This document shows, piece after piece, positions 1 through 9,282 of a stretch of DNA of 64,000 bases. How positions within the stretch are numbered: the stretch's first letter is position 1; each line of letters begins with the position of its first letter. Source of the stretch: Marsupella aquatica (lineage: Eukaryota > Plantae > Marchantiophyta); NCBI GenBank assembly GCA_973895155.1, contig OZ316898.1:10568286-10632285 (forward strand), in the 5' to 3' direction. The notes under the pieces are model-generated. The model saw nothing but the letters and a program-made list of their open reading frames with translations. It was not told the origin of the DNA and did no database searches. A program made the position numbers and the translations under genes.

Positions 1-1891
1 TGTGATTAGGCGCACTCTTAGAAAGCAACTTGCAGAAATCTAGTAGCACGGAGGCACAATGGCAGTGGATCTGGGCGGGGAGATACTCATCGTTTGCCTG
101 AAGAAAGTGGGCAATTGATTCCTCTGCACACTCACGATTGCTGTCGCTTTGAGACAGTAAGAGCATCACGAGTGCGGAGCTCGCTCCAGCCAGCTGAAAC
201 ACCTGCATATGTTCTGATACGGGCACAGACTTGGACGCCATCTTCAAAAACTCCTGCACTGATGCCCGCACGGTGTCTTGCAAATGCATCAGCTTCACGT
301 GTGGAATCCGTGAATCGCCTATTGCACACATCCGCCGTATGGTGGCAACCAGGTCATTTATGAGCTGCCATGAGTGGGGAAGAGCTGTGCTACGCATCCG
401 TGCCACCAAGTTCAGCGTGGCATCATTTACGACATTACAAGATACTAGAGTCTGATCATGCTGCAGTTGTCGCCCACCAAAGATCAGCCTCTGCTCCGAG
501 ACGGGAAGACCAGTTTTCCGTAAGATTTGCTGATGCACAGACTCGATGCTATCGGATGCGCTGGCGTGAAGCACAATAGTGCGGCCCGCAATATACGTCC
601 GCACAAAGAATTGCAGCCGAGCAGGGTTTGCAGGTGGGTCCACTATCATCGAGCGAGAACTACTGCAAGAGGCTTCTGCACTAATGTCTCCGTTTCTCGT
701 ATTCGCGCTAGCAGCTGCCAGAGTGGATGCATTGCCGCTTCCCACAGACTCCGGACTTGCCGCTGCTCCTATTACTGCAGTGTGGTTGCTACTACCGAAT
801 CGTCTATTCAACCCCTCTTCGTGGCCGAAAACGGGGAACGAGTCTGTTCTGCTGCTATCCCTTTCTCGTGCTCGCACCCCATCCAGCTCAGCTTCCTTGG
901 ACAATTCCCCATCTTTACTACCAACGGCAGGAGCGGATTCCTCATCTGCTACGCCACGTCTTCCGGTGCTACCATCGGATAGTATTCCACTTCTTCCAGT
1001 GCTTCCGGCTTCGGATAATACCACCGAATCGCCCCCCGAGGAAACCACACCGGCGAAATTAGCCACTGCTATTCCAACGAGGCTAGGAGTCGGCGTGTCG
1101 CCAGGCACGGTAAGACCAATGGACTCCACCTGAGGAGGTGAAGAGAACGTCGAGCTGCCTAGGCTTCTACCAGCAGCACTAATCATCATCGGGGTCCCGT
1201 CGGTGGTGCTAACACCCACGACATCTTCCAATCTATCATCGGTGATAGCCTTAGTGACACTCTCAACGGCAGCCTTGTTCCATCCTGGCTCTTCTTCCCA
1301 CATTGCATCTGCATCTACAGCCTCGTTACCAACTTCTTCTCTCATCTCGGTCTCTCCATCCAGAGCCTGCGCTTCCCCGGAAACGCACATCCCTCCGTCG
1401 TAGCGCTCCCGGCCGCTCGACTCCGCTATGCTCTCGCGGCTGGCCCCTTCAAGCACCTCCACGTCCCGGGCCTGTGCCGACTCACGGCGGGCGCGCACCT
1501 GCGAATTGGCAGAAGCGGAGGACTCCGCGAGGCCAATCTCGAGCTCTTCCAACTTTCTTTTGCTGGAGGCAGTCCTCGACACCGCCGGAGGAGTGGTAGG
1601 AGCCATCCGGGCTGCCGTCATGAAGCCTCCTGTGCGCTCTCCTCTCTCTGCCACCGCAGCAGCGACTACCATGCCCAGCTCGGCGGGAACCACAATCAGT
1701 GGAGGCTGCTGCAAGACGGCGACTCCTCTCTCGTGTTGTATATCATCCATCATCGCACCTGCAGCGTTCGTCTCCGAATCGGCAGGTGCCGCGGCAACAG
1801 AGTTGGTCCTCCTACCAGAACTGAGGCGGGCTTGTAGCTGAATGCGCCTGAGTAGTCCGCGAATGGACAGAACAATGATCGACAGAACCAT
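1..1891 (-). CDS. UPL5: E3 ubiquitin-protein ligase UPL5-like (N-terminal ubiquitin-like domain, HECT family); first coding exon, runs off the left edge of the window
   Basis: Manual translation gives a stop-free minus frame of 630 codons from ATG 1891-1889 (in-frame TAG just upstream) to base 2; it is missing from the ORF track, presumably because it has no stop in the window. It encodes SKRKLEE, then a Ubl domain from 616 (LQFFVRTYIAGRTIVLHASASDSIESVHQQILRKTGLPVSEQRLIFGGRQLQHDQTLVSCNVVNDATLNLVARMRST), then PHSWQLINDLV and CASVLLDFCKLL, matching plant UPL5 as I recall it. The HECT domain would lie outside the window. The exact start Met is uncertain. Confidence 0.9.
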   Translation of the reverse strand, partial: MVLSIIVLSIRGLLRRIQLQARLSSGRRTNSVAAAPADSETNAAGAMMDDIQHERGVAVLQQPPLIVVPAELGMVVAAAVAERGERTGGFMTAARMAPTTPPAVSRTASSKRKLEELEIGLAESSASANSQVRARRESAQARDVEVLEGASRESIAESSGRERYDGGMCVSGEAQALDGETEMREEVGNEAVDADAMWEEEPGWNKAAVESVTKAITDDRLEDVVGVSTTDGTPMMISAAGRSLGSSTFSSPPQVESIGLTVPGDTPTPSLVGIAVANFAGVVSSGGDSVVLSEAGSTGRSGILSDGSTGRRGVADEESAPAVGSKDGELSKEAELDGVRARERDSSRTDSFPVFGHEEGLNRRFGSSNHTAVIGAAASPESVGSGNASTLAAASANTRNGDISAEASCSSSRSMIVDPPANPARLQFFVRTYIAGRTIVLHASASDSIESVHQQILRKTGLPVSEQRLIFGGRQLQHDQTLVSCNVVNDATLNLVARMRSTALPHSWQLINDLVATIRRMCAIGDSRIPHVKLMHLQDTVRASVQEFLKMASKSVPVSEHMQVFQLAGASSALVMLLLSQSDSNRECAEESIAHFLQANDEYLPAQIHCHCASVLLDFCKLLSKSAPNH

Positions 1892-3660
1892 CTATCTCTG
1901 CAAGACTAGCCTTCGCGGTTACTACAACCTCCATCCTCTCCATACCAGCCCCACGCTACATCTGCAACCACTCCTGACCTGTTGCCTAATTATCTCCAAT
2001 GAAACTGCAGAAACCATCTCCCCCCATCTAAATCTCAGCCTTCATCGCAACCCGGGCTTTCTGCCCTCCTCCGATAGTCAACACACCCAATAATCTCCAG
2101 AAATATGAGAGTTCCTCCCTCGCAGAGAAGAAAACTTATCGAACAAAGATCACCAGTGACCAGCCAAGACAACTTCAAAGAGCTCGCCGAAAACTAAATT
2201 GTGGCGAAACTGTGTCGTTCGTCCAATAAGTTGTGAACAAGTTAGTTGTCAACCCTGGCCCGTCGAACACCGACAGTAACAGCCGCTCCACCGAGGACAA
2301 CAATTGAGAGGTCGAGGCATCAGGGATTGAACCCGGCAATGAGCACCGTGAGGAGGAGCTAACGCAACGGCCTGGAACCAAAACCATCATTCTCCGTGCG
2401 TCGGCACGGCACGGCACAGCAACGCACGGCAGAGCTGACGGACAAGGGGACGTTCGGGGAAGGGAAAATGGGGACGACTAGAGCAGAACACACGAGCAGC
2501 CGTAGCTCCGAAAAGACGACGTGAGAAGGGAAAAAGAAAAGAGAACTCAAATCGCCTCCTCCACCGACGACGCTCACAACCGCAGTTCGAGCAAACAACT
2601 CATCAGCGAGACACGAATGCCGTAGCCTAATAAAATGGGGCGCAGGGAAGAAGACTGCTGCTGCCCGCAGAAGACCATCAGAAAGAAAACAGGCGAGCTA
2701 ATAATAATAACAGAAATGGTGCCCCACGACACAGCCCCAAATTACCACCCGCCGCACAGATGAAGGCGAACCAAGGCAGCGCCCCAATACGGACGAAGCA
2801 GACAGGTCATCATACACATGCGGGTGACGAACAATTCCTTGGAGCCACACGGAACTGCTAAACATCCGGAGTAAGGGAAGGCCCACCGCTCACGGCCTGT
2901 CCAATCCTCAATCCCGCCCCCTCTCTATGCCCTCCCATCATCTCTCTCGACGCAACTCGTCGACGAACAGCTTCTTCCGCTTCCAGCTTTTTACTGTTGT
3001 CGTGCAATGCAGGCATCTAACAGAATAACGTCCGGACCCGACCCTCCTGCGCCCCTCTCTCTCTCTCTCTCTCTTCTGTAAGTTTTTCTTCTCACTCACT
3101 CTCCCAAATTCCCCACTGTGACACGCACTCCGATTCCGAATCACTCAAAGCCCCTCTCTCGCCAAAAAATTCCACTGTGTGACACGCACTCTGATTCCGA
3201 ATCACTCAAAAGCCTCGGCGGGTGTCCGCCCTCACTCTCTTTCCAATCCGTCCTCTTCGCCCGCCAGCCCAACAGCCAAGCTAGCATCAACACAGCAGCA
3301 GCAACACAGCAGCAGCAGTAGTAGTAGTAAAGCGAGATAGAGCGAAATGAGCCGATCTGATCGTCCTCCTCCTCCTCCTCCTCGTCCTCCGCTTTCCGTC
3401 CCCACCTCTTCCTCTCCTGCCTCACTTCTGCACACGACACGCTCCCAACAACAAACGCCCAGTGGAAAGGAAAAACAGTGACCAGCAGCCGCAATAGGAG
3501 CAGCAGTATGAGCATGGTAGATAGCAGTGGTGGGGCACCGCGCTACGCTAAGCTATGCTATGCCCCCAGAGCGCGCGAGAGAGAGAAAAGCGAAGGGGAG
3601 AGAGAGAGGAGGTTCATGCAAGTCGACCATCGAACCGGTTGCTGACGAACGAATTGCATC
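1892..3660 (-). promoter_or_regulatory. CpG-rich putative 5' leader/promoter of UPL5, probably with a 5'-UTR intron
   Basis: CpG is retained. GA/CT, CAG, TAG and CCT microsatellites are present. An acceptor-like GTCTTGCAG ends 6 nt before the ATG. Confidence 0.45.
3106..3214. repeat. Direct repeat, 2 x ~46 bp (ccactgtgacacgcactc.gattccgaatcactcaaa)
   Basis: Two near-identical copies about 60 bp apart. Confidence 0.85.
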
Positions 3661-3779
3661 AAAGTAGAGTAAAATAATAATACTAGGATAGAACATACTG
3701 CTGTGACACAAAAGCCGCCCTTCCAGATGCCCCTCCTCCTCCCACTTCTCCTTGTCTTTTCCAGGCCCCACGCTGCTCA

Positions 3780-4580
3780 TAAATCTCCCCCAAAGCTGTT
3801 TACCTCCCCAGCCTCTTCTGGTAAATGCCTCCCAAACTTCCTTGTTAATAATACATTTATACATCCCAAATTTGGGCCCCACTTCTGGTAAAGAACTTCC
3901 GACTGTTGGTGGATATTTACCTCCCAAGGTGGCGTCCGTCTTCTGGAAAAAATTTTACCTCCCAAGGTGGCGTCCCTCTTCTGGTAGCTACAGTATTTAC
4001 CTCCCAAATTGTAGTCCCTCTTCTCGTAACTACCTCCCAATTTGGAGTCCCTCTTTTTGGTTTACCTGGTTTCATGTAGTGTGTTGATACCACTTCAAGA
4101 TAATATGCACTGCCAAGAAATTTTCCCCACGGTTTTTACCCCCCAAATTTGAGTCCCTCTTCTAATAAATTACCTCCAAAATTTGAGTCCCTCCATAATG
4201 GGTTTACCTGGTTTCATGCACAGTTTGGTTTCATGGACTATTTTGCTCTCTCCACAATATGAATGTACACTGCTAATTTGATCTCCCCAAGGTTGAGTCC
4301 CTAAATGGGTTTACCTGGTTTCAAGTACTGTTTTGCTCTCTTCTCAAGATGAATTTACACTGCTAATTAAATCTCCCCCAAAGTCTGAGTCCCCTCTGCT
4401 CTCTGTACTCTTTCGCCCTCTCTTCACGATGAATCTTAGAGTGCAATAGACTGCTTGATAAATCTCCTCCAATAGTAATATCTCCCAGGTTTGAGTCACT
4501 CTTCGGGTTCACCTGGTTTCCTATACTGTTTTGTTCTCTCCAAAGGTAAATCTTGAAGTACACTACACTGCTAATGAGAC
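3780..4580. repeat. Degenerate minisatellite-like array
   Basis: Recurrent motifs tacctcccaa(a/g)..tgagtccctct and gggtttacctggtttca, plus tacactgctaat. Confidence 0.7.
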
Positions 4581-6841
4581 AACTTGAGCTCAGAGGACTG
4601 CCCCACTACCTCGACCTGAGTTTCGTGAGTCAATCTATGTGGGTGTGAAAATTTATGGTACTCATTTTCCGGACGACCATCCTTCATTTTGCCCTGTTCT
4701 ACTACTCTGCAAATGACTCTCCGCCAAAGTTACCTCCCAGATATGAGTTTCCTCCTCTGGGCTCCCTTTCTTGTCAGTATTACATACTTTTGAGATAATG
4801 AAAACAAATTGGCCCTTCCAACTTGGTGGGTCCCTAGAAACCAACCTTGGTGGTCCCTGCAGCTTATGGGGGCATATACTTTACCTAGGACGGCTTGTCA
4901 AGGGTTGAGGTAATGGGATGAAAGGGCTGCTTGTGGGGGGGCCAAGTCGGCCACACAGGGAGAGGTGCAAGGCCGGAGAGGGGGCGGGAGGGAGCAGAAT
5001 CTGATGGCCATGGAAAACATTTCCATCACCAAACAGCCCCTGTCCCTGCCCAGTCCCATTCCCTACCCTTGACAATTAAATGAAATTTAAACATAAAATT
5101 ATTACTGTCATATTACAAGCCCCTACTTTGGCAGGAGCACTATGGAGATTAAAAATCAAGCTTAGCCCGCACTTGTGCAAATTTAACCATAGTTAAGGAG
5201 AAGATGTTATTCTATCGTAACTATTGTCTAATGAGATTCCTCGTCTAAAGAGGTACTTATGTATGACAATTCATTTCTTATACCAAGGTAACCCGGCAGG
5301 AAATTAAGGGCCGTGGCAAACCTTAGAAAAGGCAAGGCTGAAAATGAAATATACACACTTTTTATATACAAAGGGACCAATCAGAGTACAAATGAACAAA
5401 CAAAAGAGGACCCAAGTGGACAAAACCAATCGAAAAAGAAGTGAGCAAAAGAGAACCACTAAACACCAAGAAAGAGGAACTAAAAGTAAGAAATAAGCAA
5501 TTGAAAATGCCTTGACATTCTCGCAACTCTTGATGGATACTTGTTTTTGAGTGCGCTGACCATCTGAGTTTCTGACTGTCAAGTTCCACCGGAATTGCAG
5601 ATTTCTGGTCCGTGACCCAGCCTGCACGGGAGACCGTCCTGAATGAGCTGGTTTGAGATACCCCAGTTAGATAAATTTATATTTTCTTGCAAATGGCATT
5701 ACTGTCTATCCTGTTTGCCTGCTGTGCGGTTGTAGCCAGACTGCCCTGACCCGCCCTTCCTGCTCTGCTTGCAGTTGGGTGCTTTCCGCTGCCTCCTCTC
5801 CTCTTCTATATTGTGGTTATTGTCCAGAATACAAGTTAGTGGTCTATTATCATTTCTGGAGATATTTGCTATTTCCATAATTTCTTGCCCATAAACTCAT
5901 GACCAGCAACCTTTTCCCAAACTGGAGTTACATCAGTTAAGGCCTGGAGTTCCCTAATGGGATACAAAGTCCACTGTATATTACGCTTGTATTCCCCATT
6001 AAGGGACCATCTCAGATCTTTAGCTGGTAGTTAAGCTTGTCATACAATGATGTCCCAAATATTACACAAAGACAGCTACCTGGCAGGCAAAATTGATCAG
6101 TTAAAGACCATATAAAATGGGTTCATTTTTAGTAAGATGTAATCTTTGAAAACTGGGCTTGCATGAATGTAACCCCAGGAGGACCTTCACTAAGTCTACG
6201 CAGGAGGTCTGGGGAGCCCTTCTCACCCCAAGAGGACCTTAATTAACTTTTAAACACAGGAGGTGCGGGAAGCGGTTATAGCCTGAACCCCGTCCCAGAA
6301 TGCCAGAACGCCTTATCCTATACAAACCCTTTCTTTATAATTTTGCACCTCACTGACTCACTCGCCACCTTTCTCTCTCCGACAGAGCGCTTCGGATGAG
6401 AGCCCCTCCCCCACGCTTTCGCTTTTTCTCGTTGTCTTGTCTTTTTATGGAAAAGGAAGCTTTCGCTCTCTGTCCAGCAGCCGGCCCCACCTCTCGCTGT
6501 TCTCTTTGTCGTTTTCCTTGAAAAGGAAACCTTGACTGCCAGTAAAAACACTCCTTTCGCTTTTCCGCTTCTTTCCGCTTCTTTCCGCCGACCGAGCGCC
6601 CGGCTCTCCCCCGATGAGCATCATCAGCATCGCAGCATGCAGCCCCACCGCCGCTACAGCGGGCCGACTGTACACTACGACTGTACTGTACGCTACTCGA
6701 CCCTCATCTACTCTACTCTGCTCTCGTCCCCCGTCCGATTTCGATCGCCCTCTGCTCCTCCTGCCCCGGAATTAATTGCGCCCACATTATACTACCGTAC
6801 GGACGATCGGGTTCATGCAAAGCGCTGCGCGAAAAGTTTAT

Positions 6842-7226
6842 ATTTTTTCTTGTCAAATTCTGGCGCAGTGATAGATTTCGTAATTCTCTCCACGAAAAGG
6901 TTTTATTTTTCTTGTCAAATTCTGGCGCAGTGATAGATTTCGTAATTCTCTCCACGAAAAGGTTTTATTTTTCTTGTCAAATTTAGCGCATTATAGATTT
7001 CGTGATCCCCAACCACTAATTTTCTATGTCCTTCTTGTCAAATGCTACGGTAGCGCATGCTAGATTTCGTGATACTTCCCACTAACTTTTTCTTTTCTTC
7101 TTGTCAAATTCTTGCGCATTGTGGGTTTCTTGATCCCCTCCAGTAACTTTTTACTTTTTTTTGGTCGATTTCTAGCGCATAGATTTCTTAATCCCCTCCA
7201 GCAATTCGTTCTTTGTTGAATTTCTC
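6842..7226. repeat. 62-bp tandem repeat, about 6 copies, decaying left to right
   Basis: The cttgtcaaat...gcgca...agatttcgt unit starts at 6849, 6911, 6973, 7034, 7100 and ~7160. The first two copies are identical. Confidence 0.9.
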
Positions 7227-7392
7227 TGGAAGATTATGAGGTATAACTCCCTTGCCAACCTGGCCTGGGGGTGATGAGATTAAGACCCTTGGCTAGCCCT
7301 TGTGGAGGGTTACCAAATGCTAAGTACAACATTTGAGTCAAAAATAGAGCAAAATTACACTGTGATTAAGGTCACTAGTCTGTGTTCAATAA

Positions 7393-7699
7393 GGGGCCAT
7401 GGATGTAACCCCCTTAGAGCCATTGGTTACCCTACACATCTTTTACTATCAAAACTGTGAAACACTGATAAATCAATGTTTTAATAAAAGCATTACAGTA
7501 TTCCTGAAGTATGCATTGTGAAATTTTGAGAAGCATTTGGTACAATTTCCAATAATTATTTAATTCGGTACCAACCTCGTCTATGGTAGTATATGAAAAA
7601 CAAGGGCAATTGATCCTACTGGTAGGGCAACCCATGGCAGGGGATATGGGTTATAGTACCTCAGGGTGGTGAGCCTGAGGGGGTTATAGCCATGGCCCC
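7393..7699. mobile_element. PIF/Harbinger (Tourist-like) MITE
   Basis: 22-bp TIRs ggggccatggatgtaaccccct / agggggttatagccatggcccc (2 mismatches), flanked by TAA and CAA. Confidence 0.7.
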
Positions 7700-9282
7700 C
7701 AAGCAGGTCATGGTTAGCAAGTGTAATGTCAGACACTATTTTCTCACATGAACTTCTGAAATTTTGAGGCTAGGCTAGGCCCACAACTGGGTTTAGGCTT
7801 GGAACCTCCCCTGAAAGAACATAGGAAAGAAAGAGAAGAGGGGGTTTTGGGTAGTAGGGAAGACAAGGGTAGCAGCTGAGCAGCAGTGATTAACTTATAG
7901 AGACTTGTGAACGAGCAAGGGTTGCTTTGCTTTGCATGAAGCTTCTTGGCTGGCAGCCGTGCAGGGTTGTCTGATGGTCTCAACTTTAAATGTTGCTGAC
8001 TCCTGGCTTGCCTTCTCTGTAGGGGGTCCCAATTAGCATTTTTTTAAGTGGCAAAATTTTGCTAGTATGTTTCTGTCTCATTTGCCAGTGTTTCAGCTAA
8101 TCACAGGTCCCATTAGCCAGAATCTAAAGGTCATCCTTAAATATAGGGAGATCTGAAAGTCAAGAAAATATTTAAATAAGAAATATTTTGAGCATTGTCT
8201 CCTTCACACACTGGACATTCACCACTCTGGCCAAAACTAAAAACGTTAAAAAATACACTGGTCCCAATGTTCCTTCGAGGCCATTTGTTCTTGGGAAAAT
8301 GGTTTTCAGCCAAGTCCTTTCTCTACAAGGCACTTTGCAATGGTACAACAAGAAGTTTCTAAAATACCATCACAATACTTGCCAAATTCTTTTTTGATTC
8401 AAAGGGCTATTTACAAGATCTTTCCGCCACCCTTAATCTAGAGACGTGCCAATGGTCACAATGTTTTGGGAGATTATTGACATAGATTCCTTCCTTGGCA
8501 CTATTCTGAGACTCCCAGCAAAATAATTGTGTCCAGGCAATGGCTTCCTGGATGGCAGTTGATTCCCAAGTTTTCCATTATCAACATAGAAAATTAGTTG
8601 TTTGTTAGGACTTAAGCTTAATGTTGAGGCTCTTACTTTCTCAATTTAAGCAATGTTTGACTACGCTTAAAAACTTGCTCACTGAAACCTGTACTTATAA
8701 TTTCTTGATAAGTACAAGGCAGGGGCCAGACACGTAATGTTTTCGAGAGGAATTGCAGCATTCCTCAATATCAGAGTATTGTTAGAATTCTGCACAAAAA
8801 GGATGAGACTTTTCAAGCAAGAAAAAACAAGAAGTGAAAAGTCCTTACCACATTTCTAACAAGCTCAGTATTTAATTAAATAATGATTCTACAACAGTGC
8901 AATCTTAGAATTGCAATATCAACTGAGTTACTCAAGTGAAAAATTCATGGATATATACAAAGGTCTTGAGCATATCTCTTGTATTTCCTTTACTAGTGCA
9001 AGATTTTGGGAGGATTCACATATTGATAAGAAAAATCCAAGTCAATTTTGCAAATGCTAGTAAGTCAAATTTTGATTGAGAATTGCAGTAATCAACCCTA
9101 TGCAAGACAATTGGGTAAACGAAGCCTTTGCCCTTAATGAGGGTTTCTTGATTATAATGTTGACACTGTCGAAATAATTACAAATAATGAAGATATCCAA
9201 AGGCAGGCACAATTTGTACTGCTGACAGGATCAAGTGAACACATTGGATGTCGATGATGTGACCATCAAATCTAGTTCATCA

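Noticed and set aside
94-1841. Plus-strand ORFs such as 579-1133 and 1428-1841
   Set aside because: They are antisense shadows of the UPL5 reading frame and carry no motifs of their own.
2580-2607. Hammerhead-like CTGATGAG...CTCGAAC on the minus strand
   Set aside because: It has GAAC rather than GAAA, and stem II and the flanking stems do not form.
6842-7226. CRISPR-like appearance of regular repeats (also 41605-41983)
   Set aside because: The units are contiguous with no unique spacers, there are no cas genes and the context is eukaryotic.
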